NCBI GenBank assembly: GCA_963677435.1
Contig: OY781945.1
Span: forward strand, 2,528,001 to 2,592,000
Source of the DNA: an uncultured Aliarcobacter sp.
GTDB lineage: Bacteria; Campylobacterota; Campylobacteria; Campylobacterales; Arcobacteraceae
Length of the DNA stretch: 64,000 nt
Reading direction: 5' to 3'
Both the position numbers and the translations under genes were made by a program. The notes under the pieces are model-generated. The model was not told the DNA's origin and did not search any database. It was given only the letters and a program-made list of their open reading frames with translations. Of this stretch, positions 49,575 through 59,839 are shown in pieces; within the stretch, counting starts at the first letter, position 1; every line of letters begins with the position of its first letter.

Positions 49575-49904
49575 ATGGTTTGTAAATTTCAAGAAATAAG
49601 TGATTTTTTCCATAAGCACTCACAACTTTTAGATGGTATTGAAGACCAAGAATTAAAAGAACTGTTAGAAATATTTCCACATGCATGTAAATTTGTAAAA
49701 ACACTTGAGGAGGATATTGTTAATTGTGATGATTTAGAATTAGTATCTCAAAAAACTTTTGAGTTACTCAATAATGCATATGAGCATGAATATACAAAAG
49801 ATGATATTTTAAAGTTTGCAGGTGTTACATGCAAAATATTTGATATTGTTGGTGCTCCTAAATGCCATGTTCCATTTATTTTAGTTATGTTATCGAAACT
49901 CTAA
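49575..49904 (+). CDS. Hypothetical acidic, Cys/His-containing protein
   Basis: 109-aa ORF with AAGGGA RBS and five Cys. Confidence 0.7.
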   Translation: MVCKFQEISDFFHKHSQLLDGIEDQELKELLEIFPHACKFVKTLEEDIVNCDDLELVSQKTFELLNNAYEHEYTKDDILKFAGVTCKIFDIVGAPKCHVPFILVMLSKL

Positions 49905-50024
49905 TATTTATCACTTTATACTTTACCTCGCAATAAATAAATAATTTAATACTATTTTGTATCAAAATAGTAGCTTAGGAATTATCTGCTATAATTGACC
50001 AAAATAATTAAAAAAGGCAAAATA

Positions 50025-50789
50025 ATGAAACTAACATTAATTGGTAATGGTATTATGGCACAATCATTAGCAAGAGGATTGATAAAAAATCATGAAGTTG
50101 AAATCATTGGAAGAGACAACGATAAACTAAAAGCTATACAAGAAAAAATCCCACAAATAACTATAAAAGTATTAGAAGATAATGAAAATATTACAGGAAA
50201 AAATGTAATTTTTTGTGTAAAACCTTATGCTTTACAAAGTGTTTCAGCAAGACTTGCTGGAAATGCAAATATATTATTATCTATTTTAGCTGGAACAAAA
50301 CTTGAGACATTAAAGAAACAAATAAAAGCAAAACACTATATTAGAACTATGCCAAATGTTGCAGCATCAGTTCAAAACTCAATGACTACGATTACAGGTG
50401 ATAATGAAGCGAAACTTGTGGCTATGGAAATATTTTCTAGTATAGGTCAAGTTATTTGGGTAAATACAGAAGACCAACTTGACATAGCAACAGCAGTTGC
50501 TGGAAGTGGACCTGCATATTTAGCACTAATTGCAGAAGCTCTTGCAGATGGTGCTGTTAAAGCTGGACTTGAAAGACATCTTAGTTATCAATTAGTTCAA
50601 GGATTATTTTCAGGAACTGCATCATTATTAAAACATTCACATCCAGCAATCATCAAAGATTCTGTTATGAGTCCAGGAGGAACTACAGCTGCTGGATATG
50701 CAAAACTTGAAGAGTGTGGCGTGAGAGATGCAATGATAAAAGCTATTGAAGAAGCTCATAAAAAAGCTACAGATCTTGGAAAAAAATAG
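50025..50789 (+). CDS. proC: Pyrroline-5-carboxylate reductase
   Basis: IGNGIMA, CVKP, RTMPN, AGSGPAY, VMSPGGTT. Confidence 0.96.
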   Translation: MKLTLIGNGIMAQSLARGLIKNHEVEIIGRDNDKLKAIQEKIPQITIKVLEDNENITGKNVIFCVKPYALQSVSARLAGNANILLSILAGTKLETLKKQIKAKHYIRTMPNVAASVQNSMTTITGDNEAKLVAMEIFSSIGQVIWVNTEDQLDIATAVAGSGPAYLALIAEALADGAVKAGLERHLSYQLVQGLFSGTASLLKHSHPAIIKDSVMSPGGTTAAGYAKLEECGVRDAMIKAIEEAHKKATDLGKK

Positions 50790-51063
50790 TTTTACCTTAA
50801 TAGAAACTCTAATTAGTATCACTTTTTTATCTGTCGTGATAAGTGGATTTATATATTCTACTTATCACGATGAAACAAATCAAAAAAATTATATGTTATT
50901 AAATGATTTAGAAAATAGTTTTAATATAAAAAATTACACTAACTTTATAAAAACAACTCAAAACCTTCAAGTAACAATAAATGAAGTGTCTACTGAAAAT
51001 ATCGTTGTTTCAAAATATCAATTTGAAAATGAAAACATAAAAGTTTTTAAATATGAAAAATAG
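50776..51063 (+). CDS. Prepilin-like (minor pilin/pseudopilin) protein
   Basis: KNS-FTLIETLISI class III signal peptide-like N-terminus; start (TTG 50776) uncertain. Confidence 0.65.
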   Translation: MEKNSFTLIETLISITFLSVVISGFIYSTYHDETNQKNYMLLNDLENSFNIKNYTNFIKTTQNLQVTINEVSTENIVVSKYQFENENIKVFKYEK

Positions 51064-51394
51064 TTTTTCTCTTCTTGAAATAATTTTAACCCTAATAATC
51101 TCATCAATAATAATTGTCTATTCTACGCTTTTTACAAAAGAGTTATTTTTTGAAAATAAAATAAATCAACAAATAGAAATCCAAAAAATAGATTTATTAT
51201 CAACAAAAATATTTTTTGAAAAACATCTAAATGAACTAAATGAATTCACTTATTCAAATAATAATTTATACTTTAAAAATAGTTTATTACTTGAAAAGAT
51301 AAAAGAGTTCAGATTAAATAAAAATGCAAATAAAATCTCTATTTATATAAATTTAGATGATAAAATCATTCAAAATTGGGAATTTGCACAATGA
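51053..51394 (+). CDS. Prepilin-like protein
   Basis: MKNS-FSLLEIILTLII. Confidence 0.7.
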   Translation: MKNSFSLLEIILTLIISSIIIVYSTLFTKELFFENKINQQIEIQKIDLLSTKIFFEKHLNELNEFTYSNNNLYFKNSLLLEKIKEFRLNKNANKISIYINLDDKIIQNWEFAQ

Positions 51395-51717
51395 AAAAAG
51401 CTTACACTTTATTAATAACAATAGTATTAATAACACTATTTTCTGTTTTAGGAATTTTTATATTAGAGACAAAATCATTAAGAAGTGTAAATTTAACAAA
51501 TCAGTATTTGTATATCCAAGCTAAAAATCATAAAGAATTTTTGAAAGATTATCTTAAAAGTATAAATTTAACAGGAATAAATCATCTAAAAATTGAAGAT
51601 GACTTATTTGATATTTATGCAAAAGTAGAACCAAAAGATTCTACTTTTATCCTTGATATTTTTGTAAAAGCGAAAGATTATGATATTTCACTTTATGAAA
51701 GAGTTATTAAAGAATAA
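51391..51717 (+). CDS. Prepilin-like protein lacking Glu5 (GspK/PilX-like position)
   Basis: [18 protein letters not shown] overlap with the preceding gene. Confidence 0.6.
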   Translation: MKKAYTLLITIVLITLFSVLGIFILETKSLRSVNLTNQYLYIQAKNHKEFLKDYLKSINLTGINHLKIEDDLFDIYAKVEPKDSTFILDIFVKAKDYDISLYERVIKE

Positions 51718-52306
51718 CATCCAAAACTTTTTTAGCAAGATTCAAAGCTTTTGTTCTATGGGAAAACTCTTTTTTAGCGTCATATCCTAACTCACCTAAA
51801 GTTTTTTCATATCCATTTGAAATAAACATTGGGTCATAACCAAAACCACCCTCACCTAACTCTTTATTTATTACATTTCCATGCATCCAACCATGAACTG
51901 TATAAACTTCATTTTTATAAACTATTGCAATACATGCTGTGTAAAATGCAGGTGTGATTTCTAGATTCTTTGCATTTAAACTTTCAATCAGTTTTGCATT
52001 ATTTTGTTTATCACTTGAACCAATACCTGCATATCGAGCTGAATAAACACCTGGTTCATTGTTAAGTGCTGGAACACTAATTCCTGAATCATCAGATATT
52101 ACAATTACATCATTTTGTCCTATTTTTACAAGTTCATCATAAATAGTTTGTGCTTTTTTAATAGCATTACCTTTAAATGTATCTTTATCTTCATCTATTT
52201 CAATTTTTCCTAAAATTTCACTAAAGGCAATTACCTCATCGTCTGGCATTAATTTCTCAAATTCTACGATTTTACCTTTGTTTGCTGATGCTAAAACTAT
52301 CTTCAC
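51707..52306 (-). CDS. rdgB: Non-canonical purine NTP pyrophosphatase (RdgB/HAM1)
   Basis: [36 protein letters not shown] start after AAGGA. Confidence 0.94.
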   Translation of the reverse strand: MKIVLASANKGKIVEFEKLMPDDEVIAFSEILGKIEIDEDKDTFKGNAIKKAQTIYDELVKIGQNDVIVISDDSGISVPALNNEPGVYSARYAGIGSSDKQNNAKLIESLNAKNLEITPAFYTACIAIVYKNEVYTVHGWMHGNVINKELGEGGFGYDPMFISNGYEKTLGELGYDAKKEFSHRTKALNLAKKVLDVIL

Positions 52307-52381
52307 AATTATCCTTTTCAACCTATTATTAACTATTATTAACTATAATCACGGCAAATTATATTATGTTTAGGATTATAG

Positions 52382-53692
52382 ATGATTAAATCAGTTTTAC
52401 CTCTTAGTGCAATTATTGCTCTGAGATTTTTCGGTTTATTTTTAGTTTTACCAGTTATATCAGTATATGCTATGAATTTAGAAGGTGCAACTTCAGCTTT
52501 AGTTGGAATTGTAATTGGTGGTTATGCCTTAACTCAAATGATATTTCAAGTTCCATTTGGAATAATAAGTGACAAATTAGGAAGAAAAAGCACAATTATC
52601 ATTGGATTAATACTTTTTGCTATTGGTTCTTTAATTTGTGCTATTTCTACTGATATTTATTCTTTATTATTAGGAAGACTTTTACAAGGTGCTGGTGCTA
52701 TTGGTGCTGTTGTAACTGCAACGATTAGTGACTTAGTAAAAGAAGAACAAAGATCAAAAGCAATGGCAACAATGGGAATGTTCATTGGAGTTGCCTTTGC
52801 AGCATCAATGGCAGCAGGTCCCACAATTGGTGCTAAATTTGGTGTTGAAACACTATTTTATATTACTATGATTATTGCAATTGGTTCTATTTTTGTTTTA
52901 TTAAAAATGGTTCCAAATCCTCCACATATAACTCATACTTACAATAAAAAAGTTGAATTAGGTGCCGTTTTAAAAAATGTAAATTTAATAAAAATGAATA
53001 TCACAAACTTTTTACAAAAAGGTTTAATGACATTTGCATTTATGATTATTCCTATCATTTTAACAAAAACTTACGGATGGCAATTAAGTGATTTATGGCA
53101 AGTATATATGCCTGCTATGGTTTTTGGATTTATTTCTATGGCACCTGCTGCAATTATTGCAGAGAAAAAAGGAAAATTTAGAGAGATTCTAATCATTGGT
53201 ATTATTTTCTTTGCTGTTTCTTATTTAATTATGGGATTTAGTACAAGTGCAGCTATATTTGTTGTTGGTGTTGTTATATTCTTTATTGGATTTAATATGC
53301 ACGAACCAATTATGCAATCACTTGCATCTAAATTTGCAAAAGTTCATCAAAGAGGTTTAGTTTTAGGAATCTTTAACTCAGCTGGTTATTTAGGAACTTT
53401 CTTAGGTGGTATGATTGGTGGAATATTTTATAAAGATGTAACACTAACTACTTTAGTAGTTGTAATTGCAGTAATTTGTGTTTTATGGGCTATTTTAATT
53501 ATTACTATGGCAAATCCTTCTAAGAAAAAATTTGCCTATTTATCACTAAATGAATACCATTTAGAAAATAGTGGAAAATTAAATCATTTAGCTATTGATG
53601 AGTGGTATATCAATAATACTGAAAATGTAATTGCAATAAAATATGATAATGAAAAAATTAGCGAAGATGAGATAAAAAATCTCTTAAAATAA
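52382..53692 (+). CDS. MFS transporter (YajR-like)
   Basis: GIISDKLGRK motif A, GRLLQGAGA, ~12 TM helices, soluble C-terminal tail. Confidence 0.9.
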   Translation: MIKSVLPLSAIIALRFFGLFLVLPVISVYAMNLEGATSALVGIVIGGYALTQMIFQVPFGIISDKLGRKSTIIIGLILFAIGSLICAISTDIYSLLLGRLLQGAGAIGAVVTATISDLVKEEQRSKAMATMGMFIGVAFAASMAAGPTIGAKFGVETLFYITMIIAIGSIFVLLKMVPNPPHITHTYNKKVELGAVLKNVNLIKMNITNFLQKGLMTFAFMIIPIILTKTYGWQLSDLWQVYMPAMVFGFISMAPAAIIAEKKGKFREILIIGIIFFAVSYLIMGFSTSAAIFVVGVVIFFIGFNMHEPIMQSLASKFAKVHQRGLVLGIFNSAGYLGTFLGGMIGGIFYKDVTLTTLVVVIAVICVLWAILIITMANPSKKKFAYLSLNEYHLENSGKLNHLAIDEWYINNTENVIAIKYDNEKISEDEIKNLLK

Positions 53693-53745
53693 TTTTACAC
53701 ATTTAATCAAATATTAGCTATTATACTGTTAAAAAAGGAGATAAG

Positions 53746-54387
53746 ATGAAAAAAAAATTAATAATTTCTTTTATTCTTATCTCTTTTTTCTCTCTTTTTT
53801 CAACTGCCTCAAAAAACTTTAACATTGACCAATCAAAATTAGATGCCATAGAAAAAAAATTTGGTGTTCAAGGAAAAAATAGAGTCGAAGCTTGGGATTC
53901 TATGATTGAATCTTCAAAAAATGAATCTATTTTAAATCAGCTCAAAAATGTAAATGATTTTTTTAATCAAATTACTTATAGATCAGATTTAAGTGTTTGG
54001 GGAGTTAAAGATTATTGGGCAACACCATTTGAATTTATGGGAATTGGCGCGGGAGATTGTGAAGATTATGCAATAGCTAAATACTTTTCTTTAATTAAAT
54101 TGGGTGTTCCAGATGAAAAACTAAGAATCACCTATGTTTCTTATAAAAAAGCAAATAGCAAATTTGAACAAGCTCATATGGTTTTAACTTATTATCATAG
54201 AGTTGGTGTTGAACCTGTTGTTTTAGATAATATCAACAAAACACTGCAAGTTGCATCAAAAAGACCTGATTTAAAGCCAGTTTATAGTTTTAATGCTTCT
54301 GGATTATGGCAAGCTAAAACAAAAGGTGAAGCAAGAGTTGGAAATAATGAACTTAGATCTTGGAAAGATTTAATGAGTAGATTTTAA
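53746..54387 (+). CDS. lapG: Transglutaminase-like periplasmic cysteine protease, LapG type
   Basis: Signal peptide, DYWATP, GDCEDYAIAKY, AHMVL, VLDN, PVYSFN. Confidence 0.85.
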   Translation: MKKKLIISFILISFFSLFSTASKNFNIDQSKLDAIEKKFGVQGKNRVEAWDSMIESSKNESILNQLKNVNDFFNQITYRSDLSVWGVKDYWATPFEFMGIGAGDCEDYAIAKYFSLIKLGVPDEKLRITYVSYKKANSKFEQAHMVLTYYHRVGVEPVVLDNINKTLQVASKRPDLKPVYSFNASGLWQAKTKGEARVGNNELRSWKDLMSRF

Positions 54388-54401
54388 TAAAGGAATACAA
54401 A

Positions 54402-56630
54402 ATGTCTTTGTCTAAACAGTTATATATAATCATATCAATAATATTTTTTATGATTTTTACGGGTAATTTTATTATTAGTGTTAAAAATACTAAAGAATAT
54501 TTAGAAACGGAGTCAGTAACAAAAGCTCAAGATACAGCAACTTCGTTAGGGATGAGTATAAGAAATTTATTGAAAGATAAAACTAATCCTGAGATTGAAT
54601 CAATTATAAATGCCATAGCAAATAGAGGTTTTTATAAAGAGATTAGACTAGAAAACTCTTATTTTTCTATAAATGATAGTGATTTATTAAAAAATACAAA
54701 AGATTTAGATAATGATAAATGGGAAATATCTGATGTAAAAGTTGATGAAAAAATTGGAAAAATTGATGTTTTAACTTCAGTTTCTAGTATGGAAAATGAA
54801 TTAAATGCCCTTGAAAATCCAAATGAAGTAAATACAACAAAACAAGCAGATATTCCAGAAGTTGAAAATAGTTATATTTTTACACCAAGTGAAAACTTTA
54901 AAAATGATAAGAACATAATTGTTTCTTTTACAGCTACAAATATAAATGGTAAAAAAATCAACGCAACTTCTTCTTTAGCTATTAATAATGTTTTAGTAAA
55001 AGTTTCAAGAGATGTGAAATTTGATTATATTCCACAATGGTTTATAAATCTAATTCCAATTGATTTAGCTGAACAATCAAGCGAAATAAGTGATGGTTGG
55101 CAAACAAGTGCAATTATTTATGTAAGTGCAAATCCAGGTGATGCTTATGCTAAACTTTATGACCAAGTAAAAAGTGCAAGTATTTATGCACTTATTGCCT
55201 TCTTAATTTCAATGGCTTTAATATTTATTTTTGTTCAATATATTTTAAAACCACTTAAAAAACTTGAAAAATTAGCAAATAACATAGCAAGTGGAAAGTT
55301 TGGACTTATAGAAAATCTTCCTTGGACGACAGAAATAAAAGCAGTTGCTATTGCTTTTAATGATATGTCAACAAAAATTGAAGCAATTATAAATAGATTA
55401 AACAATACCCTTGAAAGCCTAAGTAAAAAACTCTCTAGCGATGATTTAACAGGGCTTTGTCTAAAACAAAACTTTGAAACAGACATGAAAAAAATGTTTA
55501 TAAATAAATCAACTGGTTATGTTTTTATAGTTAAAATAGCTGATTTAGCCTCTTTTGCAAAATCACATACAACAAATGAAGTTGATAATTTTATTAAAAA
55601 ATTTGCAAAAATACTAAAATTTACAAAATTAAACGATGAAATGAAAATTAGTGCATATAGATTTTTTGGTTCAGAATTTGCCTTAATTATCAAAAATTCT
55701 AACTATGAAAATGCTGTACAATATGCACAATTATTAAAAAAAGAGTTTGAAGCATTAGCTGTTGAATTCAAAAAAAATGAGATTGCGCATATTGGAGGAA
55801 CTCCTTTTAATCCAATTGGAACAACTCCTGAGATTTTACAAAGTGCAACTCAAGCTAATGAAAAAGCAACTTTAATTGGGCCAAATGAATCTTTTATAAC
55901 TGATACAAATGAATTAGCAAGAGATATGGAATCGTGGAGAGATTTAATTTTTGACATAATAGATAATTCAAAATTTGATGTTAATTATATTGGAAATTGT
56001 AAAATTTTAAATTCAAATGATGACAAAGTTGTTATGCAAGAGGCATTTACAAATATTAAAGATAAAGATGGAAATAATATTCCAATAGGAACATTTGTTT
56101 CTATTGCTGAAAAATATGAAAAAATAGTTGATTTTGATAAAAAAGTTATTGAAAAAGTTGTAAATCATATTTTAATAAATAGCATTAACCATGATATTAC
56201 AATAAACTTATCACTTGAATCAATAAATAATACAGCATTCATTGCGTGGATTAAAAATAAAATTCTTGAAAGCAGAAATATTGCTCCTCAGCTTATCTTT
56301 TCAGTAACGGCTTATGCTGTTGCAAAAAATGAAGATAAGTTCAAATTCTTTGCAGATGAAATTCATAAATGTGGTGCAAAAATAATTATAAAAAGATTTG
56401 AATCTAAATTTATTCCACTTGGGAATTTAAAAGATTTTAATTTAGATTATATAAGATTAGCTAGAGATTATACTTGTGATATTTGTAAAGATTATTCAAA
56501 ACAAAGTTTTGTTGAATCAATTAGTGAATTAGCATCATTACTTAATATTAAAGTCTTAGCAGAAAATGTAAAAAATGATGAAGACATTGAATTCCTAAAA
56601 AACTACAATTTATATGCTGTAAGTAGATAA
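54402..56630 (+). CDS. lapD: LapD-like c-di-GMP receptor (periplasmic domain, HAMP, degenerate GGDEF and EAL)
   Basis: MSLSKQL, AQDTATSLG, PQWF, GWQ, HAMP, RFFGSEF, degenerate EAL; follows lapG. Confidence 0.85.
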   Translation: MSLSKQLYIIISIIFFMIFTGNFIISVKNTKEYLETESVTKAQDTATSLGMSIRNLLKDKTNPEIESIINAIANRGFYKEIRLENSYFSINDSDLLKNTKDLDNDKWEISDVKVDEKIGKIDVLTSVSSMENELNALENPNEVNTTKQADIPEVENSYIFTPSENFKNDKNIIVSFTATNINGKKINATSSLAINNVLVKVSRDVKFDYIPQWFINLIPIDLAEQSSEISDGWQTSAIIYVSANPGDAYAKLYDQVKSASIYALIAFLISMALIFIFVQYILKPLKKLEKLANNIASGKFGLIENLPWTTEIKAVAIAFNDMSTKIEAIINRLNNTLESLSKKLSSDDLTGLCLKQNFETDMKKMFINKSTGYVFIVKIADLASFAKSHTTNEVDNFIKKFAKILKFTKLNDEMKISAYRFFGSEFALIIKNSNYENAVQYAQLLKKEFEALAVEFKKNEIAHIGGTPFNPIGTTPEILQSATQANEKATLIGPNESFITDTNELARDMESWRDLIFDIIDNSKFDVNYIGNCKILNSNDDKVVMQEAFTNIKDKDGNNIPIGTFVSIAEKYEKIVDFDKKVIEKVVNHILINSINHDITINLSLESINNTAFIAWIKNKILESRNIAPQLIFSVTAYAVAKNEDKFKFFADEIHKCGAKIIIKRFESKFIPLGNLKDFNLDYIRLARDYTCDICKDYSKQSFVESISELASLLNIKVLAENVKNDEDIEFLKNYNLYAVSR

Positions 56631-56711
56631 TTTCTGCTTATTGCATAGCTTTATTAATATATTATTTATATAACTTTTATATAATCCTTTGTTCATTTAA
56701 AAAGGAAAATA

Positions 56712-59700
56712 ATGTTTGAAAAGATTCTAAGATTTTTTGTTGAAAATTCTCGTATGAACTATACTTTGTTCATTCTTGTATTTGCTATTGGTATTTGGTC
56801 TTATACCAAAACTCCTAAAGAGATATTTCCAAATTTTGAACTTGATATGATTTCAATTAAAGGCTCATATAGTGGAGCTAGTGTTGATATTTTAGATAAA
56901 ATGGTTGTTACAGAAATAGAAGATAATATTAAAAATATTGACTCTATTGATACCATGTCTACGATTATAAGTCCTGGTAAATTCTCTATTATTCTTGAAC
57001 TAAAAAAAGGTCATGATAAATATGTAGAAGCAGATAAAATTAAAGATGTAATAACTTTAGTTAAAACAAATCTTCCATCTGATATGGATGAACCCTCTGT
57101 AAATACCCTTGATAGAACTAGATCTTTAGTTGATATTTCAGTTACTTCTAAAAAAGTTTCAATTGATGATTTAAAACCTTTTGCCGATGATTTAAAAAGT
57201 AAACTTCTTACAATAAATGGGATAAATGAGATATCAATTTATGGAGATTCTGATAAATATTTTGAAGTATTATTAGATGAAAGAAAAATCGATGCTTTAA
57301 ATTTAAATAAAAGTGATGTATTTAATGTTATTTCAAATTTATCATATATTTTTCCTATTGGAAAAATAGAAGATCCCAAAAAACACTATTATGTATCAAC
57401 AAATAATGGAGCAAAAACAGCCCAAGAGTTTGAAAATACATTAGTTAAAATTTCAGGAAAAACTCTTTATATAAAAGATATTGCAACTATTGGAAAAAAA
57501 TATGAAGATTCTTCAACTTTATACTCATTTAATGGGAAAAATTCCTTATCTCTTCAAGTTGTACAATCAGATACATCAGATGCTATAAAAATTGTAAGTG
57601 AAATTAAAAAAATTTTACCAGATATTAGGGCTAAAAATCCTGACATTGATATTTCAATTGCAGATGATAATAGCGAAAGAATCGTTGATAGGTTAAATGT
57701 TGTTACTTCAAATATTATGTTAGGAATTATTTTAATTACAATAATAGTTGCTCTTTTAATAAATCTAAGAATGTCTTTTATCATTATTGTTGGAATTCCA
57801 ACATCATTTGTACTTGCAGCTATTTATTTCTATCTTTCTGGATATACAATAAATATGATTTCTCTAGTAGGTGTTTTAATAGCCATAGGAATAGTTGTAG
57901 ATGATGCGATAGTTGTGAGTGAAAATATACAACAACACATAGAAGATGGCTATCCGCCCAAAGAAGCTGCTATTATGGGTGCAAAAGAGATGGTTGAACC
58001 AGTAACCATAGCTTCTCTTACTACGCTGTTCTCATTTTTACCAATTTTAATGATTAGTGGAACGATGGGTGAGGTTATGAGATTAATTCCAATTGCCTTA
58101 AGTGCTTTGGTTGTGGCTTCGTTAATTGAGTCATTTATTTTTCTTCCAATTCACGCAGCACATACTTTAAAAACTGACGATAAAGTAACTTCATGGGAAA
58201 AAGCAAATGAAATTTACAATAAAATCATACATTTTTTCATGAATTGGAAAAAGACTTTTATTGTGATTTTTTTAATAATGGTTCCTGTTTTAACCTTTGA
58301 GTTTATAAGTAATTCAAGATTTCAAATGTTTCCAAAATTTGACTCAACTGATGTAAAAATCACTATAAAAGCGAATGCAAATACAACTCTTGAACAAGCC
58401 TTTGAAATAGTAAGTTCAATAGAATCTGATTTAATAAAAAAAAGTGATGAGTTTTATATTAGAAATATAAGTTCAGTTGCAGGTTATAGAAAAGATGTTG
58501 GAAATAATACAGAAAATTTTCCATATGCTATGTATATGACAGTTGAATTACAAAAAGCAAAGGCAATGAATTTCTTGGATAAATATGTAACTCCATTTTT
58601 AAGCTTCCATTATGATGAAGAAGGAAGAACAAGAGACATAAAATCTGACCAAGTATCTACAAAATTAAAAGAATTTTTAGTACAAAATGATTATAAGAAA
58701 AAATTCAATCTTGATGAGATTGAAGTATTAGAGAAAAAAGTTGGACCTATTAAATCAGATATTCAAATAGGAATTGTAACTGCCAATAATCAAAAAGCAA
58801 TAATAGCAGTTCAAGAACTAGATAGTGAACTAAAAAAAATAACAGGAATTAAATCATCTTCAAACTCTTTAAAATTTGGTATTGATGAGATAAAAATAAA
58901 AGTTAACTCTTATGGTGAAGAGTTAGGACTTACTGAGTCATTTATTGGGAATTATCTTTCAAATTTATATCTTCTAAAGAAAAAGGCTGTATCTTTTGAT
59001 GAAAAAGAGATGTTAGATATAAAAATAAAATCACAAAACAAAGATGATTTTGAAAGTTTCAAAAATACAAAAATTCCACTTTCTGATGGCACTTATGTAG
59101 CTTTGTATGAAGTTGTAGATTTAAATACAGTAAAAGCTTTTGAGCAACTTCTAAAAGATAATGGAATTAAAAATTTCTATGTCTTTGCAAATGTAAATCC
59201 AGATGTTATAACAGCTACTGAGGTTCTAAATAAACTAAAACCTACTTTAGAGAAAATAGAAAAAGATGGAGTTAAAATTGTACTAAAAGGAGAAGCTGAG
59301 AAAAATGCAGAACTAGGCCGTGATATGTTACTTGCAACTGCTTTTGCCCTTGTTTTAATAATGCTTTCTATGCTTTATTTATTTAACTCATTTAGAGAAA
59401 CTTTTATTGTAATGAGTGTTATTCCTTTTTCAATTTTAGGAGTTTTAATAGGTCATCAAGTTATGGGATTAAATCTATCAATGCCTTCACTAATTGGAGC
59501 ATTAGGACTTTCAGGAGTTGTTATTAATGATGGAATTATTATGATGACTTATCTGAAAAAAGCAAAAACTTTAGATGAAATATTTCAAAGAGCCACAAAA
59601 AGATTTAGACCTATTATAATTACCACTGTAACTACAGTTATTGGGATGTTAACTTTGATTTTATTTCCAAGTGGAGAGTCTGTAATTTTCCAACCAATTG

Positions 59701-59807
59701 CAATTGCTCTAGGATTTGGACTTGCTTGGGGAACTGTTTTAAATCTTATTTATCTACCTATTTTATATACCTTAACTCACAAACTTAGAAAAATGCCTAA
59801 AGAGTAA
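56712..59807 (+). CDS. RND efflux permease
   Basis: 1031 aa; GIVVDDAIVVSENI, GVVINDGI, RFRPIIIT. Confidence 0.93.
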   Translation: MFEKILRFFVENSRMNYTLFILVFAIGIWSYTKTPKEIFPNFELDMISIKGSYSGASVDILDKMVVTEIEDNIKNIDSIDTMSTIISPGKFSIILELKKGHDKYVEADKIKDVITLVKTNLPSDMDEPSVNTLDRTRSLVDISVTSKKVSIDDLKPFADDLKSKLLTINGINEISIYGDSDKYFEVLLDERKIDALNLNKSDVFNVISNLSYIFPIGKIEDPKKHYYVSTNNGAKTAQEFENTLVKISGKTLYIKDIATIGKKYEDSSTLYSFNGKNSLSLQVVQSDTSDAIKIVSEIKKILPDIRAKNPDIDISIADDNSERIVDRLNVVTSNIMLGIILITIIVALLINLRMSFIIIVGIPTSFVLAAIYFYLSGYTINMISLVGVLIAIGIVVDDAIVVSENIQQHIEDGYPPKEAAIMGAKEMVEPVTIASLTTLFSFLPILMISGTMGEVMRLIPIALSALVVASLIESFIFLPIHAAHTLKTDDKVTSWEKANEIYNKIIHFFMNWKKTFIVIFLIMVPVLTFEFISNSRFQMFPKFDSTDVKITIKANANTTLEQAFEIVSSIESDLIKKSDEFYIRNISSVAGYRKDVGNNTENFPYAMYMTVELQKAKAMNFLDKYVTPFLSFHYDEEGRTRDIKSDQVSTKLKEFLVQNDYKKKFNLDEIEVLEKKVGPIKSDIQIGIVTANNQKAIIAVQELDSELKKITGIKSSSNSLKFGIDEIKIKVNSYGEELGLTESFIGNYLSNLYLLKKKAVSFDEKEMLDIKIKSQNKDDFESFKNTKIPLSDGTYVALYEVVDLNTVKAFEQLLKDNGIKNFYVFANVNPDVITATEVLNKLKPTLEKIEKDGVKIVLKGEAEKNAELGRDMLLATAFALVLIMLSMLYLFNSFRETFIVMSVIPFSILGVLIGHQVMGLNLSMPSLIGALGLSGVVINDGIIMMTYLKKAKTLDEIFQRATKRFRPIIITTVTTVIGMLTLILFPSGESVIFQPIAIALGFGLAWGTVLNLIYLPILYTLTHKLRKMPKE

Positions 59808-59835
59808 ATCTTTAGGTATTTTTTATAGTATAAAA
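59758..59835 (+). repeat. 78-bp perfect direct repeat, copy 1 (last 16 codons incl. stop of the RND gene plus terminator)
   Basis: Identical to 63527-63604 (offset 3769 bp). Confidence 0.95.
59789..59823. terminator. Bidirectional terminator within the repeat (duplicated at 63558-63592)
   Basis: AAAAATGCCTAAAGA-GTAAA-TCTTTAGGTATTTTT. Confidence 0.75.
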
Positions 59836-59839
59836 GTAT

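Noticed and set aside
52323..52349. Tandem CTATTATTAA x2 before a TATAAT box
   Set aside because: Consistent with the periodic AT-rich signal upstream of Campylobacterota sigma70 promoters; too low in complexity to call an operator
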